Assembly (NCBI GenBank): GCA_951406725.2
Contig: OX597822.1
Location: forward strand, 98,766,001 to 98,830,000
Length of the DNA: 64,000 nt
Origin: Octopus vulgaris
Lineage: Eukaryota
Direction of reading: 5' to 3'
Below are positions 12,715-27,170 of this stretch, piece after piece. Under the pieces are notes generated by a model. That model ran no database searches. It saw only the letters and a list, made by a program, of their open reading frames with translations, and had not been told where the DNA came from. Every line of letters begins with the position of its first letter. Position 1 is the stretch's first letter. The position numbers were made by a program, and so were the translations under genes.

Positions 12715-14323
12715 ATGGACATACTTATACATGTATCTCTAGAATTTCCATATTGAATATTGCAATAAACAATAATTTCAATAATTTTCAATTTGTACGT
12801 GGAAGCGTGGGATTTATCAACCCAAGTGTTTGAGTTGTTCTTTGCTTATTCATCTTGGAAACGTGAGCGACGAAATCGACCATAACCAGATTTTAGTGTT
12901 CAGCTTACGTAAGAGTAACTAAATATCTGAGAACCAAGCAACTCTTAACGAATATAATTTATAATTGTTCAAAAAGCGTACATAGTTTTCTTTCATATAA
13001 CAAAAATAATTTGGGGGATACTAGCGAGAGTATCATCGGAGAAAAAAGTGAAGGCTATTGAAACGTTATCCAATTTATTATTGAATGATAATTGATCAGT
13101 TGAGTTCTCTTCTAGAATCAGTTTAATGCCCCAAGAGCGACGATATACCAAGACCAAAGATGAGTTCCGCAAAAGTTTATAAACCAGACTCGAAAAACTC
13201 TTATATATTTGCAAGGAAGCCTTCACTTTCGTCGCATCCTGGTGGTTACCGCCCGTTGACAAGGGACAAATATCCCGAAACTAGTCCGAGCGTATCACTC
13301 AGGCTTGCGAGGAAGGGATGGCCTCTCTTTGCAAATACTTCAAAGGCGCTGATATGGTGTCTAAAGCCAGCTAGAGACGACGATCTCTTGGGGCTATAAA
13401 GCTACAGTAACACCCCCTCCCCTATGTGGTTAGCCATGATAAGATGGCTTCTATACTTTACATCATGAATTACTGTTTTACAGTAATTTGGTCGGATCGG
13501 AAAATAATTCTTCTCCAATATTCTTGTAGCTAAATGTACAGGTTCGCTCAGATTTAAGTCTCTCACTCAAGGACATATCGCAGTACTATTCAGAGGATAC
13601 AAAGGGTTGACACCTCATCTGATTGTCCTAAACTCCATAAGATCGCCTCTCTGTAAATTCTGAAAGAGGAGGTGTGAATATTACAAATATTACCTAACAG
13701 TGAGTCAATGAAACATCAAACAAGGACTCCGATTTTGATCTGTGTTTTCAAAATTAATTATGCAATGTAGTGAATGAGTTCTGATACATTAGTAAGTCGG
13801 GAAAAGAAGAGGAAACTGATGTTTCGTGTCTTAGATACTATTGAGAATATTGCTGTGCGAGAGTACAGAGGTGGGTGTAAGCATACAAAATCATATTGGA
13901 TAGATTATTAAAACAATTTGAATTTAAAAATTACAGAGTAATTTAAAACTTCGATTTCTACATTCCTATGGTGAATGGACGCACGTGACAAAGTTTGGTG
14001 TATATTTTTTTGCGGAGAATAGCGAATTTAACTGTGTTTGTATGTAGGAGTCAATCAAATCATGCGACGAAGTGTGTTCGGAGAGTGGACACAGAATATA
14101 ATTGTGAGTGTGTACAAGAAGAGACTAATAGACCAACGCGCTCAAATATGGAGAAAAGGAACTTTGTCCCGCACACGCAACACACATATAGATTGAACAT
14201 CATCATTTCCATCTATTGCTTTTTATTATGGCAAAACAAACACTGACTCTTTTTAGTATTTTTTATTTTTTTATTACAAATTTATATTCATTTTTCATTT
14301 TCAATACATTACATATTACCTCC

Positions 14324-14367
<44 letters not shown>

Positions 14368-15169
14368 ACCCTTTAATAGTTTCCATAAACTTATATACCT
14401 AGTTCAAACGTCTGTTTTCCATCAGACAAAGTCTCAGTCTCGAAACGACGTCAGCTATGTCATCTCTGCACGACATGCAAACTTAAAATGAATTCCATAT
14501 TAAACGAATGATTAAGAAACTTTCAAAAGCTTAAATCGTTAAATGCATTTACAATGTTTGCTTTTTTTGTTAGTGCCCATTATCAGTGTGATTCTTATTC
14601 CATTCACACCTATATAATTCCATTTCAAAACATTTCACACGACTTTTTTTCCGTTACGTAAAATATTTATTGACTAGCCAGACCTGGATTAAGGCAAAAT
14701 AAAAGCTGAAATCAATACTATGTAGCATACAGTATCGATTTCTTTTACTAAGTGCAATTATTCTAGAGATAAGAATCTCAAGTCATATCACTTCTCTTCG
14801 TGAATGTGATAAAAATGTTTCCTTTACAACTTTTAAATTTATATTTGATGACAAGATGTTAGCTTGTCTGTAGACAAAAATAACTGCTATTTCAAAGCGT
14901 TGTTTAAGAACAAGTTTAAAGCACATTATCTATTCACAGAGTTGTTCCCTGGTCACAGAACAGTAAACTTAATATTCGTTACTTTTGGGAATATAACATA
15001 TACCCGTGTGTTTTTCAAAGGGAAGTTAGGAAGTTTAGTGCCATTATCTTTTCCCGAAATGATTTGAAATGCGATCTCTAACTTCATTCATCGAATGTTT
15101 CCTTTCATTTCGAAGTCCTTCTGTAGGCTATCTAAATATTGAATACAAAGCCGTGATTATGTTTACAGA

Positions 15170-16090
15170 GTTGGAGAAGCATAGACGACTGCAAGAAGAA
15201 GAGAAGTAGGAGAACGGTAATGTCACAATGGCAGCACAACAGAGATTTCTGTGCGCATGGGTACATTGGGACCAAGTCAAACAGAAACAAATTTCGTGGA
15301 ACGATCTACTTTCAATGTTATTAGAAACAGTCCGTTTTGTAATTGGTTTCACATCTATGTGTCACAACTCTAATGAACCATAAAACATAGGGAATTGATA
15401 AATGCAAGATATGCAAGTCCTCCAAGAAGTCAAGGAGTATAATTGTCTTGCTGTGTATTTTTTCTCTAAGTTTAAATCGAGATGCACATGCAAGGCCTCA
15501 GGCAGATTGCAAATTAGGAAGACTATGGGACTAGCGTAGGTAAATATATGAATGAGGGGCGAAAGAAGAGAGACGGAAACCTTGCATGCTTCCTTGGTAA
15601 TTGTACGATGTTAGCAATGACAAATAACTGAGAGATGTTAGTGGATGAGAAAGGGAAGCACGCCATGCCAGCTGCAGTGGTAAGCACAACATGAACCTTG
15701 TTTGGTCTTGAATCAGGGGTGGCATGTCATATAACCATCTTGAACTGGGCTGAGTTGTGGGAGATGAAGATGGAAGAACCAAAAGAGTGGAATGCGCATA
15801 AATATGGTAAATTGGCGGTGAAGTACAAGGTAAAAGGATGGAGAATATGTCAGTGGACAGTCAGCAATTCGTGTAGGGTTTTGCTTGACCCACTGTCAGG
15901 AGAGGGATTCATGCTTGGGTGTGGCTGGATGTGAGATGGAACAGTAAGAGAGGTCGGTTGTTTTGCATCAAGGGGTACTGTATAGGTCATACGTATGCAG
16001 TACTGGCCATCTATGCAGAGAAGTGAAGTACAATACTTAAATGGCTGAAACATAAACAAGGCCTGGTGTACTGATGATGTTCCTCCTGGT
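15170..16090 (+). mobile_element. Decayed 3' part of an R2-group (HERO-like) non-LTR retrotransposon
   Basis: Translates to AWVHWDQVKQKQISWNDLLSM and WEMKMEEPKEWNAHKYGKL..KGWRICQWTVSNSCR, resembling the restriction-like endonuclease C-terminus (ELTVPWEE..E.K..KY..L...GW....VEVGCRG). Many stops and frameshifts. Confidence 0.6.
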
Positions 16091-16131
16091 GGTGCTAGTG
16101 AGAGACTTTGCTGTTTATATTTTATAACATA

Positions 16132-16647
16132 CTAGCAGTATCGCCGGCGTTGCTCCGGTTTGTAAGGGAAATAACTATATAGGCATTTTTAGAGAGTTAC
16201 TTCCTTTATAGATGCCAATTCGGGCTTTCTTAGCCATTTCTGTTTTGGTGTCTTCAAGCCATGAAGTCGTTGTTCTAAAAGAACGCTGGTCTCCTTGACA
16301 ACGCTTTACGACGTTGATTTCCTTACACTCCCTTCCCCACAGCTTCACGAGGGAGGGAAGAAGGGGGAGAAGCAAACACAGGTGCAGGTGTTTGAGCGTA
16401 GACGCCAACTCCGCCGCCATCGACACACGAAAAATTATGCATTAAAATGGAATAAAAAATGATGTTAAATTATTTTTAAAATCGTAGACTCACCGTAGAC
16501 GCGCGCTAATGGCCAGACGGGCTCGATATTAATCACGACTATAAGATACCCGGATTTGGTTAAACTGCACCGCAAAATGTGGGAGGAGTTAGGAATCTAA
16601 ATCGTAGGAGACAGACACTCACACAACTACAGTTTTATATATATAGG
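16132..16647 (-). mobile_element. Non-autonomous Helitron
   Basis: Minus strand ends in hairpin CCGG-AGCAACG-CCGG plus CTAG|T and starts .CTATATATATAAAA; homologous to 53805-54187. Confidence 0.8.
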
Positions 16648-16827
16648 TTTACTAATAAATGCATTTGTAGTGTTTGACTTGTAATGCTATATTTGTATAT
16701 GACTTGTACACACGTTTATTTTTCTACACATGAAAGAAATGTAAAATCGATACTCAAAAGATTTGAAATAAAACCACAGAAATGGACATGAAATACTTTA
16801 AATAATTTAGTTAAGCTTCTTACAGAA

Positions 16828-17050
16828 TTTGCGCGTAAAGGTATCTTACTATAATGGGTGTTATGTTCATCTGTCTGTCCGTATGCCCGTCTGTCTGTTC
16901 CCGCTTCACGTTCAAACGGCTGGAACAATGGTCACGATGTTTTTTCGGGATTACGAAGGAGGTAATCAGGAAGGTTTTTAGCGAAAGAAATGTAAAAAAA
17001 AAAGTATAATTATTTAGTGGATATTGAGTTTTGTATTAATAAATCACCTT
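16828..17050 (+). repeat. Dispersed repeat resembling a Helitron 5' end (copy 1)
   Basis: About 200 bp similar to 19564-19761; ATCTTACTATAAT followed by TCTG/TCCG repeats. Confidence 0.6.
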
Positions 17051-17844
17051 TACACGCTGGACAATCTTACTACACAATTATATAAATAATTTCACTCATA
17101 CTCACATGTACGCTCAAACATACACACACTCACGCGCGTGCATATATACACAAAGGTTTTTGCACAATTCCTGCCTAACATGTTAGTCTTACCGCAAGTC
17201 AGCTGGAAGCTATGGTAGAGGATGATGGCCCAAATTACTTTCCTTAAGAATCGAACCTCGAATCATATTCCTAAGCAAACTTCTTCACCTGACCTTCAAG
17301 CCTGCTTCCAGATCCAGATATTAACATCTCCCTCTTTTTTCTCTCTTTCTCCCCACCTCTCTCTCTCTCTTTATGGCAGAATCTATCGGTTTATTGTAGG
17401 AATCGTATTATATTATAACGTTTTATTAAAAAACAAAACGCTATTTAATGGGATACTAAAATTTACATAAACTTGAATAAATGAATAACTATTTACATTA
17501 AAGTCTTGCTTTTAGCTTTAAAATATATTATTTTTTACATATAAAATATTTTCTGCTAAGAGTAACATGAGATCCAAAAGATTGTTATTTAGAATTCCAA
17601 TGATCGTGGAACTAAAATAGCGAGCAATTAATTTGAAATTAAATTTCATAACTTTGCATTAAATCATCATGAGGTTTAGAAACCAGGGAAATATATCATT
17701 CCATCAATGCTACAGTTTTTATTTTATTTTATTTTTCTTTGCCATATTGAACGGTAATATTATATAAATATGTTGAATTTCACACCACTTTTTCCCCTTA
17801 CGTAGAATATATATTTATTAACCAGTATGACTATGGTTAATAAA

Positions 17845-18232
17845 GTGGAGGCGCAATGGCCCAGTGGTTAGGGCAGCGGACTCGCGGTCATAGGATCGCG
17901 GTTTCGATTCCCAGACTGGGCGTTGTGAGTCTTTATTGAGCGAAAGAACCTAAAGCTCCACGAGGCTCCGGCAGGGGATGGTGGTGATCCCTGCTGTACT
18001 CTTTCACCACAACATTCTCTCACTCATACTTCCTGTTTCTGTTGTACCTGTATTTCAAAGGGCCGGCCTTGTCACTCTCTGTGTCACGCCGAATATCCCC
18101 GAGAACTACGTTAAGGGTACACGTGTCTGTGGAGTGCTCAGCCACCTACACGTTAATTTCACGAGCAGGCTGTTCCGTTGATTCGGATCAACCGGAACCC
18201 TCGTCGCCGTAACCGACGGAATGCTTCCATCC
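17845..18232 (+). mobile_element. SINE family A, full length
   Basis: Imperfect TSD ATGGTTAA(T/C)AA on both sides. Confidence 0.92.
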
Positions 18233-18580
18233 ATGGTTAACAAGTTCACTTCGCAAGTACAATGTCCCCTTTCTTATTTCATTGCGTGGCAACTTGTACA
18301 AATTTCTTTTAGATATATTTTGTTTCACTTGTGAGTGAAAGTATGTAGACATAACCTGCATTTAGAAGCCTTGGATTGATTGTATCTGAAACAAGGAAGT
18401 CCAACCTTATCATTCACTACGTCATTCTGATTCTGCTTGACGATTACGTTCAAATTACACGTGTCAGTGGAATATTAAATCACTTACATTATCGACGAAC
18501 TAATTCAATGACGAAGTACTTCAGTTCACCGAACGACTAGATTTTTATCATCGAAACCGATGGTAATTAATTTGCTTTTA

Positions 18581-18964
18581 TCTTTTACTCTTTTACTTCT
18601 TTCAGTCATTTGACTGCGTCCATGCTGGAGCACCACCTTTAGTCGAGCAAATCGACCCCAGGACTTATTCTTTGTAAGCCTAGTACTTACTCTGTCGGTC
18701 TCTTTTGCCGAACCGCTAGGTTACGGGGACGTAAACACGCCAGCATCGGTTGTCAAGCGATGATGGGGGGACAAACACAGACACAAAAACATATACACTC
18801 ACACATACATATATATACGACAGGCTTCTTTCAGTTTCCGTCTACCAAATCCACTCACATGGCTATAGTGAAAACACTTGCCCAAGGTACCACACACAGT
18901 GGGACTGAACCCGGAACCATGTGGTTCGTAAGCAAGCTACTTACCACACAGCCACTCCTACGCC
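18581..18964 (-). mobile_element. SINE family B
   Basis: Similar to 11552-12005 with a small internal deletion. Confidence 0.88.
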
Positions 18965-19563
18965 TATGCTTTAGTTACTATGAAGATGAATATACTGGAT
19001 GGTTAATGAGCTGCCAAATTTGTATGTTACTAAGTATCGTAATATAATATTAACCCCTTACCCAACAATTATTTTGAAAATAAATGTATTTTTTCAGACA
19101 TATTTTCTAATTGTTTTATTTTACTATGATTTTGGCGAGTCAGAGATAGAAAAAAACAATTTCGGTCAAAACGCATATATTCGTTTCTGCCGGGTAAGGG
19201 GTTAAGTCACCCTCTAAAGCGATCTAGAAAAGAAATATTTGCCTCAAACGATTAAAATACTCAAGAAGAAATGCACAATACATCGACCCCGAACTTTTCA
19301 TTCATGTTTGATTATACCAAGACGAATTTGAACCGTAAGCGTACACAATGGAGAAAAAGACAAAAAGATGGCGATAGATAAAGAATGTCATATTATCATA
19401 AAGATGACTCGACAAAAATGAAACTTGTTACTAATGTTGCATGTAATAATTAAGTCAGATTCCTCCTTAGATATGTTTGAATATGGTTGATGCAACTGAG
19501 AAAATGTGATTGTATCAGAAAATGACACCAAAAACAACGTGGGAGATATATGAATTAACAACG

Positions 19564-19761
19564 TTGCGCGTAAAGGTATCTTACTATAATGAGTGTTATA
19601 TCCGTCTGTCCGTCTGTCTGTTCCCGCTTCACATTCAAACGGCTGGACCAATGGTCGCAATGTTTTTCGGGATTACGAAAGAGGTAATCAGGAAGGATTT
19701 TAGCGAAAAAAATGTGAAAAAGTATGATTATTTAGTGGATATTCTATTAATAAATCACCTT
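19564..19761 (+). repeat. Dispersed repeat resembling a Helitron 5' end (copy 2)
   Basis: Similar to 16828-17050. Confidence 0.6.
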
Positions 19762-19813
19762 AGATTTTTTTGTGTGTGTGTCAAGATTTGAAGCAAATAT
19801 TAGTGCTAAAGAT

Positions 19814-22072
19814 TAAGGCGGTGAGCTGACGGAATCGTTAGCACGCCGGGAAACATGCTTAGCGGTATATCATCTGTCTTTGCGTTCTGAGTTCAATTTT
19901 TCCCAAGGCCAACTTCGCCTTTTATCTTTTCGGGGTCGATAAAATAAGTACCAGCTGAACACTGGGTCGATTTAATCGACTTACGCCTTCCTCAGAGATT
20001 GCTGGCCTTGTGCCAATATTTGAAAACATTATTTCCATATACTATTTTAGATACTATACTCTTATCATTCAGCACATTTTCTTTTGCTTACGAAAGAATT
20101 AAGAAATAAATGTACAAAATGTCGAGTGCTTTGGACAAATAATTATTTCGCATAAGAATCAATCACCCACTTTCTTGCCTTTTCCCTTCCTCACGAGGTA
20201 ATAATATCTATTCCGAAAGTCTCCCGGTCAACTATTACATCTGCTTCACATGTGTATGCGTTTATTTACTAATCAATAAGTAAATAAGAAACTGTAGATA
20301 ATAGGGAATTGAATTTATTCTGTCAGCTTGAGTTTGCACCACATCATTCCATTTTTCATTCTATATTATATCGAAAATGTTCGCTCAAAATACATTGAAA
20401 GAATACAATGATGAGGAGGAAACTATGTGTTTTGAAGTCTATATGAAAAGAGAACTGAATGTTGTATTGATACTCAGTGGAAGACAAGTTGTCTAGTATT
20501 TCATAGCCTTGGTGTGAAAGAAACATTTATACAAAACATTTATAACACCTTCCAGCTTTTATCAGAAATATGGCTGCAAAAAATGCCATCCATCCGACTG
20601 TAAGAGATTGCTTCATAAATACAGCACAGCTGCAAGCTCACATACAATATGTGTACGCTTTAAGTATTCTAAAGATACTCTAGTATTATCAACAACTCGA
20701 AGGCAACGAGCTGGCAGAATCGTTAGCGCGATGGACGAAATACCGAGCGGTATTTCGACCGTCGCGTCGATCTGAGTTCAAATTCCGGCGCAGTCGACTT
20801 TACTCTTCCTCGTTTCGGGTTCCATAGAATAAGTACCAGTGAAATACTGTGGTCGAGGAAATCGACAAATCATCCCCCCCTAAATTGCTGCCCTTGTAGT
20901 GAAATTTGAAAACATTATTTTTATCATTACTAATGTGCCTAAGGCGGCGAACTGGCAGAATCGTTAGCACGCCGGGGAAAATGCTTAGCGGTATATCAGC
21001 TGTCTTTGCGTTCTGAGTTCAATTTTCACGAAGGCCAACTTCGCCTTTTATCCTTTCGGGGTCGATAAAATAAGTACCAGCTGAACACTGGGTCGATTTA
21101 ATCGACTTACGCCCTCCTCAGAGATTGCTGGCCTTGTGCCAATATTTGAAAACAATATTTCCATATACTATTTTGGATACTGTACTCTTATCATTCAGCA
21201 CATTTTCTTTTGCTTACGAAAGAATTAAGAAATAAATGTACAAAAAATCGAGTGCTTTGGACAAATAATTATTTCGCATAAGAATCAATCACCCACTTTC
21301 TTGCCTTTTCCCTTCCTCACGAGGTAATAATATCTATTCCGAAAGTCTCCCGGTCAACTATTACATCTGTTTCACATGTGTATGCGTTTATTTACTAATC
21401 AATTAGTAAATATGAAACTGTAGATAATAGGGAATTGAATTTATTCTGTCAGCTTGAGTTTGCACCACATCATTCCATTTTTCATTCTATATTATATCGA
21501 AAATGTTCGCTCAAAATACATTGAAAGAATACAATGATGAGGAGGAAACTATGTGTTTTGAAGTCTATATGAAAAGAGAACTGAACGTTGTATTGATACT
21601 CAGTGGAAGACAAGTTGTCTAGTATTTCATAGCCTTGGTGTGAAAGAAACATTTATACAAAACATTTATAACACTTTCCAGCTTTTATCAGAAATATGGC
21701 AGCAAAAAATGCCATCCATCCGACTGTAAGAGATTGCTTCATAAATACAGCACAGCTGCAAGCTCACATACAATATGTGTACGCTTTAAGTATTCTAAAG
21801 ATACTCTAGTATTATCAACAACTCGAAGGCAACGAGCTGGCAGAATCGTTAGCGCGATGGACGAAATACCGAGCGGTATTTCGACCGTCGCGTCGATCTG
21901 AGTTCAAATTCCGCCGCAGTCGACTTTACTCTTCATCGTTTCGGGTTCGATAGAATAAGTACCAGTGAAATACTGTGGTCGAGGAAATCTACAAATCCTC
22001 CCCCCCTCCCTAAATTGCTGCCCTTGTGGTGGAATTTGAAACCATTATTTTTTTTATCATTACTAATGTGCC
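19814..22072. repeat. Tandem segmental duplication of about 1.13 kb (19814-20939 and 20940-22072), each unit holding two family C SINEs
   Basis: Unique sequence 20030-20700 is repeated nearly identically at 21157-21826; unit boundaries fall at SINE heads TAAGGCGG. Confidence 0.95.
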
Positions 22073-22076
22073 TAAG

Positions 22077-22810
22077 GCGGCGAACTGGCAGAATCGTTAG
22101 TACGTCGGGCGAAATGCTTAGCGGTATTTCGTCTGCCGCTACGTTCTGAGTTCAAATTCCGCCGAGGTCGACTTTGCCTTTCATCGCGTCGGGGTCTATT
22201 AAATAAGTACCAGTTACGCACTGGGGTCGATGTAATCGACTTAATCCGTTTGTCTGTCCTTGTTTGTCCTCTCTGTGTTTAGCCCCTTGTGGGTAATAAA
22301 GAAATAGGTATTGAGTCTGTCGTTGCGTTCTGAGTTCAAATTCCGCCGAGGTCGACTTTGCCTTTCATCCTTTCGCGGTCGATAAATTAAGTACCAGTTA
22401 CGCACTGGGGTCGATATAATCGACTTAATCCGTTTGTCTGTCCTTGTTTGTCCTCTCTGTGTTTAGCCCCTCGTGGGTAGTAAAGAAATAGGTATTACGT
22501 CTGCCGTTACGTTCTGAGTTCAAATTCCGCCGAGGTCGACTTTGCCTTTCATCTTTTCGGGGTCGATAACTTAAGTTCTAGTCAAGTACTGGGGTCGATT
22601 TGATCGACTTATCCTCTCGCAAACTTTAGTAGAAAGAATTATTGCTAATTATCTCATTCCATGCACCTGAGTTCAAATTCCGTTCAGGTAGACTTTGCCT
22701 GCCATCCTTTCCCAGTCAATAAAATAGGTACCAGTTGAGTACTGGGGTCGATGTCATCGATTTACCCCTTCCTCGAGCTTGCTGACCTTGTGCCAAAATT
22801 TGAAACCGTT
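22077..22810 (+). mobile_element. SINE family C with head-to-tail repeated body (184-bp period)
   Basis: GGCGGCGAACTGGCAGAATCGTTAG head, GAGTTCAAATTCC B box; body restarts at 22307 and 22491; older fragments follow. Confidence 0.85.
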
Positions 22811-23829
22811 ATTACTCATGTTCCTCACCTCTAATTATTGTTGAAATAAATTACATTCAGAACTAAATCTATTTCCAATTTCCTTTATGTCAAAAGAGGT
22901 TAAGCTACGATAGTTCAAGTTAAACATTTGCTGCTCTGTCTCTTTCACCTATAAATCCCTGAAACGTTCACAAGTAGCCTTTGGTTATTTCAACTCTAAG
23001 TATGTTCTAAGTATCTGATAAATAATTTAACAACAAACGAGAGTTGTGTGGAGTTCTGAAGGTTTGCGGTTTATTTTAGATCTTACAGTATGAACATGTA
23101 GAAACATATCACTCCGGGGAGAAATTAAGTACGGTCATATACTTAGCTTGTCTCACTGTATTACATTTAACTTGATAATTGCTTTGTCATAATGTCCATG
23201 AATAAATGTACGGATTAATTTAAACAGAATAGAAATATGCAACTGAATACTGCAAATTATTTAAATTAATAAACATGTTTGTTGTTACACATACGTGTTG
23301 CCTTAATGTTTCAAATAATGATAAAAGTATTTATAATGATGATGACGATGGTGATGATTTCGTTTATTTGCCACAGCATATCAGATGAAGACATTACTAT
23401 GACATTTTGCAGTTTGCATGAAATGTTGAGCGGGGAACTGAGAAGAGAGGGAAATGAGATAAAAGTATACACAGTATATAAAATATGTTAACACACAGAT
23501 GATGTCATTTTCCTTATGCGTGTAACCTGCAGCGATTGCCGATCAAGATGATTTACACGCTCAGAATCACCCTGGCCATCAGCAGCACAAGCTCTGACCC
23601 ATTTGTTGTTTTCCAACTTAAGCGTGCATGCTTAGAGTATTTCCATTCACCCTAACCATTTTTTTTTCCAGTGACACTTACCTTTTGACGAATTCGCTGG
23701 GGAGGAGAAGTCGCTTCTCATTACTCACCTTCTTTTCCCAGTGGAAGCGGAAAATGTCAATGTGGATTCACCGGAATAGAAAATGCCAGTTTTTCAATGC
23801 TTTTAGTCTTGCCCACCACATATAACCGT

Positions 23830-24056
23830 TTCTTTATTACCCACAACGGGCTAAATATAGAGGGGACAAACAAGGACAAACAAACGGATTAAGTCGATTA
23901 CATCGACCCCAGTGCATAACTGGTACTTAATTTATCGACGCCGAAAGGATGAAAGGCAAAGTGGACCTGGGCGTAATTTGAACTCAGAACGTAACGGCAG
24001 ACGAAATACGGCTACGCATTTCGCCCGGCGTGCTAACGATCCTGCCAACTCGCCGC
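23830..24056 (-). mobile_element. SINE family C
   Basis: Reverse complement of 22077-22306. Confidence 0.88.
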
Positions 24057-24399
24057 AATATATACTGCCCACCACATATAACGTCCACCAAGGTACATGC
24101 ACTCATAAAAACGTTTTATGACGAACACACATAGTTATACGAAATCGATGGACAAGAAAAAAAAAACAGAATGTATAAAAGTATAAAAATTAGTGAATAA
24201 ACTAAAATTAATTTCAAAAGAAACCGGAATTTTGCAATATTATTTTACCCAGTTTTATGTTTACACTTTTATCGCCTTCAAATTACTCTCCATGTGAAGC
24301 AATTCATCGGACCAGGTCAAATACGTCGACGTAGGAAGTAGAGTCTATGTTATCTACGAGTCTAAGTTCTCCGTCTCATGTGTCAGTGTATTGTATTGT

Positions 24400-24850
24400 A
24401 TTGGCATCCTTTCTGTCTCGGGAGACAATGGAGTTGCGCATGAAGTAGTCTAGTCCGGCTTTTATATTTCATGTCCTGATACGTTTCCTGCTGTGGCTGT
24501 GTAGTCCTATCCTGGACAAACACTCCCTCTGGCAGGTGCCGCAAATGTAGCGAAGACTGTTCCTTGCTGTTTGTAGTGCCATAGTCTCTTGTTTACGTCT
24601 CTTCCTTTCTTTCCATTTCTCCTCTCTCTCTCTCTGTCACTCATTTGTATTCCCTCTTTTACTGTACGTCGCCATTTTCCAGTATATTACTCTCCCTTTA
24701 ACTCTTCAGGTGATTTAGATGAACAATAGCTTTCTACGGTCAATTCTAAGGTCTATTTTGCTGTCCTGGGAATTGATGGATTCCCACACCTGTCTTGCAT
24801 CAGAATTCACACCAGGGAGGTTTGCTATTCCTCTGTAACATCTAACAAGT
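24400..24850 (-). mobile_element. 3' end of an RTE-clade LINE, decayed
   Basis: Minus translation YICGTCQRECLSRIGLHSHSRK matches the RTE C-terminal C..C....SRIGL.SH motif. Confidence 0.7.
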
Positions 24851-24899
24851 GTCCACCATCGCAAAGCGATGTGATGATATTACAGGAAAAGTATCACTG

Positions 24900-25075
24900 T
24901 TATTGGTAGTACTGCCTCTTCTGTTGACATTACTTCCCCTGTTGTTGACATTACTGCCTCTGCTGTTTATGTGGCTACCTCTACTGTTGACATTATTGCG
25001 TCTGTCGTTGATATTGTTGTCTCCTTTGTTGAGATTGCTGTCTTTGTTGTTGATATCACTGCCTCTGATTTTAAC
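24900..25075. repeat. Degenerate 21-bp tandem repeat
   Basis: Recurring CTGTTGACATTACTGCCTCTG-like units; produces the Leu-rich spurious ORF 24849-25124. Confidence 0.7.
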
Positions 25076-25082
25076 ATTTTTT

Positions 25083-25465
25083 TGGAAGCACTCCGTCGGT
25101 TACGACGATGAGGGTTCCGGTTGATCCGAATCAACGGAACAGCCTGCTCGTGAAATTAACGTGTAAGTGGCTGAGCACTCCACAGACACGTGCACCCTTA
25201 ACGTAGTTCTCGGGGATATTCAGCGTGACACAGAGAGTGAAAAGGCCGGCCCCTTGAAATACAGGTACAACAGAAACAGGAAGTAAGAGTGAGATAAAGT
25301 TGTGGTGAAAGAGTACAGCAGGGATCACCACCATCCCCTGCCGGAGCCTCGTGGAGCTTTAGGTGTTTTCGCTCAATAAACACTCACAACGCCCGGTCTG
25401 GGAATCGAAACCGCGATCCTATGACCGCGAGTCCGCTGCCCTAACTACTGGGCCATTGCGCCTCC
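25083..25465 (-). mobile_element. SINE family A, full length
   Basis: Near-identical to other copies; no TSD recognised. Confidence 0.92.
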
Positions 25466-25849
25466 TCGTTGGCTTATAAATGCACTGCTACTAAAGAATC
25501 GAATAAATCGAATACTCTAAATTGTATATCTTTGCATTTTATATGCAACTAGCTCATTTGATAAATAAATGACTATTTAACAAAATTTCGTTTCAATACT
25601 TTCTTTTCTCCCTCTCTCTCTCTCCCAATCTCATTCTCTCTCCCTCTCTCTTTCTGCACACACACACACACACATATACTACGAAACCGAAAATTTTAAA
25701 CAAGGGACGAATCAAGTATTTAGAAGCAGATGAAATGAATATGATACAGTATTCATTTATTCTTTTATTTGTTTTAGTCATTGGCTGTGGCCAAAATATG
25801 AAAAGAAATCGGGAACGAGTATTATTGAAGAGAAGAGCTTATATTGATT

Positions 25850-26470
25850 TCAAATTTTGGCAAAAGGCCACCAAGTTCAAAGCAGGGGATAAATCGATTC
25901 CAACAACCTCAGTCCTCAAATGGAACATATTTTATCGTTTCCCAGACGATGAGATGCAAAGTCGACCTCGGCGAAATTTGAACTCAGAACATGAAATCGG
26001 ACGAAACACCTCTAAGAATTTCACCCGGCGTGCTAAAGATTTTGCCAGCTCGCCGCCTTGGGTACTAATATTAGTTTCAAATACTAGTACAAGGCCAGTA
26101 ATTTTGGAGGAGATGATAAGTCGATTACATGGAGCTCAGTGCTCGAAAGGACGAAAGGCAAAGTCGACCTCGGCGCGATTTGAACTCAGAACATAAAGAC
26201 GGACGATACGCCGCTCGGCATTTGGCCTGGCGTACTAACGATTCTACCAACTCGCCACCCTTTCTTGAGTACTAATATTAAAAGCTAAACACAGAGCAGC
26301 GAGCTGGCACAATCGTTAACACGCCGAGTAAAAAGGCTTAGCGGCATTTCGTCCGTCTTTACGTTCAAATTGCTTCGAGGTCGATTTTACCTTTCATCTT
26401 TTCCGGGTTGGTGAATAACAAAATACCTGTCGATGTAATCGACTTAGCTCACTTCTCCCGAACTTGCTGC
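25850..26470. mobile_element. Cluster of decayed family C SINE fragments in both orientations
   Basis: Repeated AAAGTCGACCTCGGCG..ATTTGAACTCAGAAC and GAGCTGGCACAATCGTTA motifs. Confidence 0.7.
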
Positions 26471-26679
26471 TTTTCTGCAAGCGAAGCATAAAGGTATAAA
26501 TACGATTATCAGGATAAATACATTAGGTATCATTAATGAGAACTTTCATATAATTTAACGGTGAATGAACTATTAAGAAACTCTAAAGTGCACACTCCAT
26601 TCTAAGGCTAATATGTGTGTATACATATGTATGAATATATTAATATTTACAAGTATGGATATATTAATATAACTCATTG

Positions 26680-27170
<491 letters not shown>

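Noticed and set aside
24220-24315. Mariner C-terminal-like scrap on the minus strand
   Set aside because: Too short and decayed to delimit as a feature.
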